Source of the DNA: an uncultured virus (IMG/VR IMGVR_UViG_3300033149_003774)
Taxonomy: Duplodnaviria; Heunggongvirae; Uroviricota; Caudoviricetes
DNA: 64,000 nucleotides
Reading direction: 5' to 3' (one strand)
IMG/VR virus record: IMGVR_UViG_3300033149_003774
The stretch's first letter is position 1. Each line of letters opens with the position of its first letter. Under the pieces are notes generated by a model, which saw only the letters and a list, made by a program, of their open reading frames with translations, searched no databases and had not been told where the DNA came from. Positions 36,901 through 45,910 of this stretch are shown here, in pieces. The translations under genes and the position numbers were made by a program.

Positions 36901-39900
36901 TTACACCGCCCCTTTATGTGCCTTTCTAAACTTCTCCATCTTCTCTTTCATACGAGCCTTCCTCTTCTCATTCTTTCTTTGATTTCGCAACTTCTGCTCC
37001 TCAAACCATGCTTCTTCTTCTTCTTTCGATTCAAACTCAGGTAGGGGATCTTCAAGTATGTCCTTATCAGCATCGCCCATTCTCACTGCCTTTACGATCC
37101 ATGAAAACTTGACATTACTTGTTCCGCCCATCTTTTCCTTAACTTCAAATCCATTAAATTCCTTTCTGGAAACATATAATCCGTTACAATCATCCTCTTC
37201 TTGAAGAACAACTGCATAATCGAGATCTTCCATTAGTGAACAAAACTCTTCGCTAAACTCAACAAATGTTACTCCTTTTGTTAAGCTACTAACTCCCCAG
37301 TCTTCTACTGTGACTTTTGGACCTTCCACACATGTGAATATAATGTGCTTTTCGGGGTTGTGTAATGGATGACGGAACGCGGCATTTTTGTTATCAGCAT
37401 AGAAATACCCCCATTTAACCGTACTCGTTCCCAAGTACCCCGTTCCTGTTCCTTTCAAAGGTTTCACATATGTGGAGAAAACATAATTTGAATGAGTCAT
37501 ATACCAATACCGATCTGACTCTCCAATATATCCATAGTCAGAAGAAGCTGGTAAGAGAGCCCAGTCACTAAGCGTTGGGAAGAATTTTACTGCTGGTGTA
37601 TCACGTGTTGTTCCAGAAGCCTGCTTGAATGTCATCAGTTTATATGATGATGTTCCCGCGTAAATATCACCATTATTAGCCATATAGATATCTGTGGGAT
37701 AGAAAGTATCAGCATAGACTCTCTGGAACGGAGTGGCAGACGATCCAATGTCCTGTGTGGCTCCAATTGGTATCATGCCCGATCCATAGAATATTGTCCA
37801 TCCAGTAGCGTCTAGGACAATATCATCTCCTGCTATGAGAATAATATCATCAGTATCAGCATTAAGAACTACATCTGCTCCACCATAGACGAGGCTAGTA
37901 TTGCCCGCAGGAGCATAGATAATGGTATCCTTTCCTGATGTGGCTGCCAACGCCACACCAGAATAGCCACTAGATGCTAGATCTTTCACATATCCCTGTA
38001 GAACAGCATTGCTATCTTGAATGAGAAGGTATGCACCCCTAATAGTTATTCCATTCGCATCTAAAATAACATTTCCTCCACCAGCCTTTGCTTTTCCACT
38101 GGAGGCTAAGAGATAAAATTGCGCTTCATCTGAGTTATTATAACCATAGATACCATTCGTGTCGAACTCTACTCTTTGACCAGAAGATGCGGTTCTGAAC
38201 TTCTTTGCTTCAATCCACTCACTCGCTGTAATATGTTTTGAAAGAATGGCATAGGCTCCAATTACACCAGCCCCAATCGTGGGTGTATAGGAACCGAACA
38301 ATATTATTGTTGGTGCTTCTGAGGAAGCACTATTGATGTCAACAATGCCAAATAATCCCTTTCCAGAACCAACTGCATCTGTATATGTTTGACTCCATTG
38401 CAGATCATAATTACCACCAGTTTTTTGTGATTTATCCCAGTATATATACCACGTTCCATCGGCAACGTCCGTATTTTCGCCATAGTTGATTTGATCTGTT
38501 GTCCCATCCGCAAATTTTATATCGGCATTTGTGGCATTCTCTGCCCCAGGTGCGCCCCACTTGATATGATTAAAATCTGTGGGGGGATCATCGTTCACAT
38601 CATCCCACACAACACTCAGGTTGGACTGCCAAGGACGCAGTTCAATCTTAAGATCTGCCGCCTCGGCTCTACTTGGAGCCGCAGAACCCTCTGTAGCAGA
38701 ATAATCTGAAACATTACCCGACCAATCAACCGCCTTAATTCTATAATAATATGTTGTTCCATAGTTCACATTTCCGTCCAATAGATAATTTGTATATGTC
38801 CTTGCATATTCTGATGAGGCGGGGCTAGATGTTCCCCTATACACTATATAATAATTCAAGTCTTTTTCAGTATTCGCATCCCATATAACTCGTACAGCAC
38901 TCAACTCAGAGGAAGCACTGACATTAGTTGGTGCGGAAGGGGGACCAGGTGGATCATCAACGATACCATGTGGAACAATTCCGATCCAATCACAGTAAAA
39001 ATCCGTGATACCAGATGCAAAATTGTTTGCCCTAAATTCAACATCTGAATATGTGGCATCGAGGGTGAATGAGAAAGCAATCACTTCCCATGTATCAGAT
39101 GCATTAAATTCATTTGGTTTCATGGTACGGGATGCGAACGCGCTTCCCTTTGTGGCACTATACACGTCCAGAGTAACCAAGTTGCTTGAACTTGAATTAT
39201 CCGTTACTTTACAAAGAAAGAGAACTCTGTAGTCGCCTCTTGTTAATGTTACAGCTGGTCCCCACCATATGACACCGGATTGTGCAGAAGCCATTTTTAC
39301 GATCTTTTCGTTAGAGGCATTAGAATCATCCTCAATTGTGGCATCTGGATCAAGAATCATATGTTCTGCTTCATAAAATAGTGAAAAACCAGTTTGATCC
39401 GTAATGTAGTTTGGTCCAACATCTGAGTATGTTGCCCCCCGTTCACCTCTTATTTGGTTTATTATTGAGGAAATAACATCTTCCACATACTTTTTTTTCA
39501 GAGTACAACCGACAACTACCGTTTCCCCGTCGGCTTTATACGTTCTTTTTATTGTTTTTACTTTGTATGAACCAGAGAGTCCAGTAACGGAGTCCGTTAG
39601 CGTAATCGTATCCCCCACGCCCCACGTACCTGTACTGTATGTATCGTCCACCGTTACCAAGACTTCTTCTGGTGAACTATATTCTTCCAAGATCGCTTCA
39701 GCTCTCAGTCTGCACGCCTCGGCAGTTTCAAGTGTCTTGTCAACGATTACGGATTCGTAGTCTCCAGAACCAACCCAACCGCTAGAGTTCCTATCCTGTT
39801 CATCACCGGTTCCCGCACCGAGAACCAATACCGCATCAACTTTCTGGCGATTGTCTGTCTTGCTTGAACTCTGAATGATGGTATCTATATCATTTTGATA

Positions 39901-41178
39901 TACGAATCCAACAGAACCGCTCTTATCACTCCCGATTCGTGGACCCATATTAACGGCTCCAGCATCGGTTACTTCCCACTCCCACGGGACGTTATCTGTC
40001 GTGCATAACTTTACAATTTTATCTATGGCATCAGAGCGTCTCATATATTCATGGTTTATCTCGGTAAATCTGCTTATATTAGTAACAAAACCATTAGCCG
40101 CCACAGTATAATTCGCACCGAGGTTGGTGGTAAGAGTGAGAGTATCACCAGAAATGCTGGCGATCTTGCACACCCGCCGCCCATCTATTGTATTTGTTTC
40201 CTCACCATTATCATCACCCACCACAACATAATCACCAGTACTGAAACGCCAGCTTTCCTTTACAACTATATCTGGTTGTCCAGAGGCGGCATCGGAAGCC
40301 ATAAGACTGCTATTGAGTGGTAAGTGTTCCGTTAAAGTTCCAGCAGAGATTCCACTTATCGTTCCCCTAGCTTCATATACATATATTTCTCCAATTGACC
40401 AATGATCTGCAAATGCCGCCGTACATGTTATCCTGATGTATCGTGTGGATGCCGCGTCCCACGATTCTACTATATTTATGGCTCTATTGTTTGTTTTTGA
40501 GGCGACTAACACTTCCTCGCCAGTCCATGCACCGGTCGTGCTGGTTTCTATCTTATAGTTTCGTATGTATTGTTCCGGTGTCCCAGTTCTGTGGTTCTCA
40601 ATCCTTATACCACAAATGTTTTTTGAAGATCCCAAATCTATCTGAAAATACTGTCCGTTTGTCTGATCATTAGCTGAACTCCAAGAATACGCCGTTGGGA
40701 GACGTTTAATGGCATTTTTTGCGAGACTGTCATTCTCAGAAGCGGATACAGTCCAATTAGTTGGATCAAGACCCCATCCAACTCTTCGTCTTGAGTGTGA
40801 TTCAACGGGTCTGTCTGACGTTGATGGGTGAAGCAAAAATTCAACTATTTTGTTGGGATAGTAAGCCGTCCAATAACCACGTTGATCAGCACACCTATCC
40901 GTCCATTTTCTCCACAGTTTCACTCCGACGTGTCTTCCAGAAATTTTTTTGTGGGAAAACATAGGACCCATAGATGGTTCTATGGATTCCACTATTCCAG
41001 TAAAAATACTGGTTCCATCTCGTTTTATGACTACTGAATCACCAGCAGAAACGCTCTCGCTTGGGTCTTTAAGGGTCACACTATATGTATGAATATTTTT
41101 TCCTTCGCTATCCCATTTTATGCTTAACTCTAGGAACTCTCTCGTTGAACCATCCACTTCTACGGTATAAGATGTCAT
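36901..41178 (-). CDS. large tail tip/hub-fibre protein
   Basis: 1425 aa; hub-like N-terminus, discoidin/F5-8C-like segment (YFQIDLG...WSIGEIYVY), FnIII (YYYRIKAVDWSGNVS), C-terminal chaperone-like region. Confidence 0.8.
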   Translation of the reverse strand: MTSYTVEVDGSTREFLELSIKWDSEGKNIHTYSVTLKDPSESVSAGDSVVIKRDGTSIFTGIVESIEPSMGPMFSHKKISGRHVGVKLWRKWTDRCADQRGYWTAYYPNKIVEFLLHPSTSDRPVESHSRRRVGWGLDPTNWTVSASENDSLAKNAIKRLPTAYSWSSANDQTNGQYFQIDLGSSKNICGIRIENHRTGTPEQYIRNYKIETSTTGAWTGEEVLVASKTNNRAINIVESWDAASTRYIRITCTAAFADHWSIGEIYVYEARGTISGISAGTLTEHLPLNSSLMASDAASGQPDIVVKESWRFSTGDYVVVGDDNGEETNTIDGRRVCKIASISGDTLTLTTNLGANYTVAANGFVTNISRFTEINHEYMRRSDAIDKIVKLCTTDNVPWEWEVTDAGAVNMGPRIGSDKSGSVGFVYQNDIDTIIQSSSKTDNRQKVDAVLVLGAGTGDEQDRNSSGWVGSGDYESVIVDKTLETAEACRLRAEAILEEYSSPEEVLVTVDDTYSTGTWGVGDTITLTDSVTGLSGSYKVKTIKRTYKADGETVVVGCTLKKKYVEDVISSIINQIRGERGATYSDVGPNYITDQTGFSLFYEAEHMILDPDATIEDDSNASNEKIVKMASAQSGVIWWGPAVTLTRGDYRVLFLCKVTDNSSSSNLVTLDVYSATKGSAFASRTMKPNEFNASDTWEVIAFSFTLDATYSDVEFRANNFASGITDFYCDWIGIVPHGIVDDPPGPPSAPTNVSASSELSAVRVIWDANTEKDLNYYIVYRGTSSPASSEYARTYTNYLLDGNVNYGTTYYYRIKAVDWSGNVSDYSATEGSAAPSRAEAADLKIELRPWQSNLSVVWDDVNDDPPTDFNHIKWGAPGAENATNADIKFADGTTDQINYGENTDVADGTWYIYWDKSQKTGGNYDLQWSQTYTDAVGSGKGLFGIVDINSASSEAPTIILFGSYTPTIGAGVIGAYAILSKHITASEWIEAKKFRTASSGQRVEFDTNGIYGYNNSDEAQFYLLASSGKAKAGGGNVILDANGITIRGAYLLIQDSNAVLQGYVKDLASSGYSGVALAATSGKDTIIYAPAGNTSLVYGGADVVLNADTDDIILIAGDDIVLDATGWTIFYGSGMIPIGATQDIGSSATPFQRVYADTFYPTDIYMANNGDIYAGTSSYKLMTFKQASGTTRDTPAVKFFPTLSDWALLPASSDYGYIGESDRYWYMTHSNYVFSTYVKPLKGTGTGYLGTSTVKWGYFYADNKNAAFRHPLHNPEKHIIFTCVEGPKVTVEDWGVSSLTKGVTFVEFSEEFCSLMEDLDYAVVLQEEDDCNGLYVSRKEFNGFEVKEKMGGTSNVKFSWIVKAVRMGDADKDILEDPLPEFESKEEEEAWFEEQKLRNQRKNEKRKARMKEKMEKFRKAHKGAV

Positions 41179-41195
41179 TTTTTATCATCCATTTA

Positions 41196-42062
41196 TTATC
41201 CTATCTGTGATGCAAAATCTGGATTTTGATTTTCATATGCGTTTGTAATCAGTCGTGAGATAACATCCGCCAGTTCTTCCTCATCAGCCTTCGTATTTAG
41301 ATTATTTATGAAAAAGGATGTGTAAAATTGGTTCATTTGAGATCGTGGGATTTGCTTTCCCTCAAAATAGAACCTTGGAAAATATTCAGCTTCGGCAAAA
41401 CTTTCCATTGTTACCTCCCCACCAAGCTCCTCGCTTATTTTTTTTCTAAAATTCTCCCACTTTTCGGTAGCTTTTTTATATGCCTCTGAACTAATGACTA
41501 TATTTTTAATAATAATTAGTAACGCCGCGGTAATCGTTATAGTTATTATTGCACCAGATGCGACGGCCGCTCCAGTCGCAAGACTTCCGGCGAGTCCTAC
41601 TATTTTTAACGCATTAAGAGCTGTAACAAGAGAAGAAGCAATAGATGATACGGCACCAGCTGTAATCATCCCAACACCAATGGTTCCCAAAGCAAGAGTG
41701 AGATCTACAACGAGACCGCCAGTAAGTTTAAGCCATGTTTCATTTTCTGAGAGTTCATCGAGTTTTTTGGTTATGTCATCTATTGTTGAACCAAACTTGT
41801 TTACGATGACCTCACCCAATCCAGTTTTCAGGCGATTGAATGATTCGGTAAAATCATCCAAGATGAATTGACCTCTGGTTGTTGTTGCCATTAAACTTGT
41901 CATGGCTTTTGTTGTTAGAGCGGCAAACGTCAGCATAGCAGTTCCAGCAAAAGTCATCCTATAGCCAGTTCTAGCAAGTCTTTTTTCCTTTTCCTCTAGT
42001 GTTTCAACGTCCTTTGCCGCAGATTGGATTGCCTGTGCACCCATATACGAGGCTCTGACCAT
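41196..42062 (-). CDS. short tape-measure-like protein
   Basis: Ala/Thr/Gly-rich helical and hydrophobic; directly upstream of the tail tip gene; frame is open a further 10 codons to an ATA. Confidence 0.55.
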   Translation of the reverse strand: MVRASYMGAQAIQSAAKDVETLEEKEKRLARTGYRMTFAGTAMLTFAALTTKAMTSLMATTTRGQFILDDFTESFNRLKTGLGEVIVNKFGSTIDDITKKLDELSENETWLKLTGGLVVDLTLALGTIGVGMITAGAVSSIASSLVTALNALKIVGLAGSLATGAAVASGAIITITITAALLIIIKNIVISSEAYKKATEKWENFRKKISEELGGEVTMESFAEAEYFPRFYFEGKQIPRSQMNQFYTSFFINNLNTKADEEELADVISRLITNAYENQNPDFASQIG

Positions 42063-42115
42063 CAGGAACAGGGAACGAACCGAGAACGATATTTTTCACT
42101 TCCCTCCTTCGCGAG

Positions 42116-42625
42116 TTATCCAGTAGAGACTGGTAGTTCAACCTTCCACATAGAAGGTGCGGGCGGTTGATCTTTAGACCATTCTTTGGATGCCCAATCA
42201 GCGAGTTTTTTCAGAATCATATCCTGTTCACCTTTTAATGACAATATTGCCCTATCCAAGAATGGGTTTGGGGGATTATGTGCCGTACCATCATGAACGG
42301 CACGTGCATAATCCACTTCTTTTTTGTGTTTTGGGTTTATCACACCACCACCACCTGCGAATATATAGTATTCACTCATAGGGTTTGTTCTTCCCACCAC
42401 ATATTGTCCCATCGTATTTCTCCCCTTCTTTATTCTAATGGAAGCTCTGAGTGCGCCCGTGTCAACGGGACAGAAACGCACCGCCGCAGAATATACCTTT
42501 TGCCAATATCTAAAAATAATACGATCAAATACAGCGGGTGCTTCCCTATTTATTTGCTTCAGTTTCTTTATGGTGACACCCTTTGTTCCAAAGTCCGTTT
42601 CTCTTACACTAACATGTTGTCTCAT
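42116..42625 (-). CDS. HK97 gp10-like tail completion protein
   Basis: CPVDTGALRASI, YARAVHDGT, PPNPFL. Confidence 0.85.
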   Translation of the reverse strand: MRQHVSVRETDFGTKGVTIKKLKQINREAPAVFDRIIFRYWQKVYSAAVRFCPVDTGALRASIRIKKGRNTMGQYVVGRTNPMSEYYIFAGGGGVINPKHKKEVDYARAVHDGTAHNPPNPFLDRAILSLKGEQDMILKKLADWASKEWSKDQPPAPSMWKVELPVSTG

Positions 42626-42843
42626 CTTTTTCCACCAAATGCCCGCCCACTCGTGCTTCCACCGCTAAATAGCCTTCCTATCGCGTTTGCCAACCTCACA
42701 TTTTTCAGAAGAGCGTATTTGATTAGGGCAGACTTATCTGCTACAGTCATGTTTGGATATTTTTCGTGTAGCTCGGAAGGCAAACAACCCAACACCTCAC
42801 ACATCCCCATAAACCCAAATCCATAATCCGTTGTCAGAAAAAA
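42622..42843 (-). CDS. tail assembly chaperone, frameshifted T portion
   Basis: -1 frame open from T TTT TTC into ...MCEVLGCLPSEL. Confidence 0.7.
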   Translation of the reverse strand, partial: FFLTTDYGFGFMGMCEVLGCLPSELHEKYPNMTVADKSALIKYALLKNVRLANAIGRLFSGGSTSGRAFGGKR

Positions 42844-43283
42844 CTGGTTTGCTCCTCTATCCTCCCAGATAGCTCTGCAACTCGTGCATTAAATAATTCT
42901 ACAAAATCCGTATTTGCCAGAGATTTCCACTCCTCTGCTGTATGTTTTGGTTTTGAAATCATCTTTTCCATTAATACAAATATCGGTTCTATATACTTTT
43001 TTCCCTCTTCAATACTAAAGTCTTCTGGCAGTTCGCTTGGAAGAATTTCTGTGAGTTCTTTATACGGAAGGCGTCGCAACCACGCTATTACTTTGTTTGT
43101 TGAGGGATCAACAAGCGGATCTTCTTTATTCAGAAAATTTACTAGGTTTTCTTCTACCTTGCGTATATCTTTTTGGTATTTGTCTATTGCCATATCTTTT
43201 TCAATTAATCTCTTTTTCACGTCCTCTGGCGTAAGAGGCTTATGTTTTTTTAGGAATTCTTTTATCTTTTTGTCCTTACTCAT
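42834..43283 (-). CDS. tail assembly chaperone (G protein)
   Basis: ends AGT TTT TTC TGA slippery site, upstream of tail genes. Confidence 0.7.
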   Translation of the reverse strand: MSKDKKIKEFLKKHKPLTPEDVKKRLIEKDMAIDKYQKDIRKVEENLVNFLNKEDPLVDPSTNKVIAWLRRLPYKELTEILPSELPEDFSIEEGKKYIEPIFVLMEKMISKPKHTAEEWKSLANTDFVELFNARVAELSGRIEEQTSFF

Positions 43284-43421
43284 TTTTTCTCAATAGTAAT
43301 AAATGTTTTTAATCACTTAAATATCTTATGATTACTATTTTTGTAGACGTGACGTAGCGCATTTTTAATAGTAAAGTTTATAAGTTAAAACAACAACATA
43401 TTATGTGATGGTGTATAATAA

Positions 43422-43733
43422 TTGATTACAGATAAACAACTTGAATGGCTAAGGGGCGTGAACGAGAGAAGAATTACAAAATCAGATGATCCGCACAAAT
43501 GGTCAGTTTATATGAAGCGCATAAGAGAAAGGATAGATCATCAGTTGGATAATCTTCTCTGGTTATGTGAAAATATGCCAGAAATTCTCATGGATATGGA
43601 TTATGAAATCCAGAACTATGGGATTCTGAAACGGAGACGATTAAAAAACCTTATGTTGGCTGTAAAAATGTTATACCCAGAAGCAGATGTTGAGTTAGTC
43701 AAACTGAAGAGAGAAATTGGTTGGACTACTTAG
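43422..43733 (+). CDS. hypothetical protein
   Basis: 103-aa ORF after TTTATAAG. Confidence 0.55.
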   Translation: MITDKQLEWLRGVNERRITKSDDPHKWSVYMKRIRERIDHQLDNLLWLCENMPEILMDMDYEIQNYGILKRRRLKNLMLAVKMLYPEADVELVKLKREIGWTT

Positions 43734-44416
43734 TTTTTTTTGTTCTCTTCCTTGGCACATACCTCGGACAACCCTCACCCAATCCCAATTCCATTCTTTT
43801 TTTACTTGGTTTATAACTGCATGAGGGACACTCGCTCTCTTTTATTGGAAGATCAGAAGAATCCCGCTTCTTTACTGCGTTTAATATTAATTCTTTTATT
43901 TTTTTCATTTCTTCAAGTTGCTCTCTTTTTTCTTCCTGAGAATCCAATTTCATCTTGAATGCGGTTATTCCCCTTGAAAAGAGATTTACTATTATCAACC
44001 AACCGATTTCCGCATTAGTTTTTGCCATATATCTTAAAAGCTGAAGAATCCAGCTTTCTGGAATGTCTGAAGCCCTAAATATCTTCTGTGCGCTCCATTT
44101 TGTCTCAAGTGGATATTTTAACTCCTCGAAAATATCTATGTGTGCTGGAACGATGTCTAGTGTTTCATATTGTCTCTCCTCTGGAGGAAAAAGTTGAGCT
44201 ATGAAATCCTCTCCCACTATTCCAAACATCATATATGCTATGCCCTGCTTTGTCAGTAGTGGTTTCATCCCAGTTAACCTATTATAGCATTTTACGTAAC
44301 AATGGCATGTATCGGACAGATGAACCTCTTTTCTCTCTTCGGTTTCTTTATTAAATTTTGCGACGAGTTTTTCTTCCAGTTCTCTTACCTTTGCTGAATC
44401 ATAGAAATAATTTCAT
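43726..44416 (-). CDS. Cas4-like PD-(D/E)xK nuclease with frame break near the 5' end
   Basis: VHLSDTCHC upstream in frame, HID...LETK, QLLRY, C-terminal CPSC...CP; the RBS-linked ATG at 44416 is out of frame by +1. Confidence 0.7.
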
Positions 44417-44489
44417 TACGTAGCCACCTCCAGCACCATATTAAAATAGCAAAAAATATGAGGAAATAATATTTTTTCTAAAATCTCAA

Positions 44490-44891
44490 TCATGCCTGCA
44501 ACTCAGCAAGATCAGCTCTGTATCGTGCTTCCTCGATTTCAAGTAACTTGGCAGAATATCTCATTTCTTTGAATATTGCTTTCTGTATGGAATATGATGT
44601 CAAAATTGCCTTTAGTGCGTTCAGTTTCTTTGGATTGCGTTCTGGATCAAGTTGTTCCATTTTACGCCTTACATCGCGTATTGCCGATGTGAGTTTCATG
44701 ATCTCTTTCATATAATTCTCTATTGTTCCAAACCTCACCTTGCGTATATCCTGTATTCTGGCTATGATGTATTGGATTCTTGCCTCCTCACCTGGTAGTT
44801 TTTCCATTATTTCCGTAGCTGGAACTTTAAAGGAAACACCGCCCTCCGTGAAGGTAAAGGCGTTTTCCTCAATCGAATACTCTACATTCAA
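44490..44891 (-). CDS. hypothetical helical protein
   Basis: 133-aa ORF. Confidence 0.55.
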   Translation of the reverse strand: MNVEYSIEENAFTFTEGGVSFKVPATEIMEKLPGEEARIQYIIARIQDIRKVRFGTIENYMKEIMKLTSAIRDVRRKMEQLDPERNPKKLNALKAILTSYSIQKAIFKEMRYSAKLLEIEEARYRADLAELQA

Positions 44892-45048
44892 CCCCTTTTA
44901 CACCACAATCTTATATTTGTCATACCTTTATAAACCTTTCTATTTTTGTTATCCTTGGAATATTATTTGTTTACTATCAAAAAAACCAAACACAACATTT
45001 TTAAGTTAGGTGGAATAAATATTATATAGAAGAAAAAGAAGTGATTGT

Positions 45049-45462
45049 ATGAGTGGTCCATATACATGTACCAAGATGTTGGTGAAGATTCAGGGCGAAG
45101 GCATGACAGAAGAAACCATAGGTGTGGTTACTGGATTAGATATAGAACTTTCAAAAGAGGGCGGTGTCCAACCAATTTATGGAAGCACGCAGGGCAAACA
45201 CGTTCGTGGTGGAAAGAAAGCTACATTCCGCATCCAGAGATGGTATATGACCGATTCGGATACGGATCTGTTGTTCGATCTGTTTGATAACGATCTGCTG
45301 TTCTCCCTTACTGGGGAAATAGATGGTCTGGCACACTCGGAATTATATCTTAACAGTTGTTCTGCATATAGATACAGATGGATAACTGGTGATGCCAACA
45401 GCGTCGTAGGAGAAGAAATATCAGGAGAAGCCACAAACTGGACTGGTACAGATATAGGTTAA
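45049..45462 (+). CDS. putative tail tube protein
   Basis: 137 aa, beta-rich; IGVVTGL...PIYGS...G pattern typical of tube proteins. Confidence 0.6.
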   Translation: MSGPYTCTKMLVKIQGEGMTEETIGVVTGLDIELSKEGGVQPIYGSTQGKHVRGGKKATFRIQRWYMTDSDTDLLFDLFDNDLLFSLTGEIDGLAHSELYLNSCSAYRYRWITGDANSVVGEEISGEATNWTGTDIG

Positions 45463-45628
45463 GTTTATAACAGATATTTCCTTGGTACACCGATGTCTTC
45501 TCTGTGTTTTGATTAGGTGTTTTTTCTTGGTTTTTTGTTCCATTTTCCTGCAACTGTATCTGTTATTTTTTATTAAAGTAATACTCTTCTTTTTTGTTTT
45601 CATTTAAATCATATTAAATGTTTTTATA

Positions 45629-45708
45629 GGGTATATAAGTGGTTTTATGGGGTATATAAGCCGTTTTTCCAGAGTATATAAAGAAGGAGGGGGTATATAA
45701 GTGGTTTT
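45629..45708. repeat. four iteron-like GGGTATATAAG repeats
   Basis: copies begin near 45629, 45650, 45672 (variant) and 45691; copies 1 and 4 share gggtatataagtggtttt. Confidence 0.7.
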
Positions 45709-45910
45709 TTCATCAAAAATACGATATATGTTTATTTTTTGAGTCTTCAGTAATACTTTATCATTTTATAATACTATCAATAACATCAATATATAATAAC
45801 ACATACTCTCCACTAATGGTGGATCTTATGGTGTTATTATATATATTCTAGTTATATTTAAGTTTTTCTGTTTAAAATGTTTTAGAAAAAATATAAAGAA
45901 AAAATACAGA

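Noticed and set aside
41494..42826. Long antisense ORFs in the track (e.g. 41494-41871, 42278-42826 and similar elsewhere)
   Set aside because: They are shadows of well-supported opposite-strand genes and have no motifs
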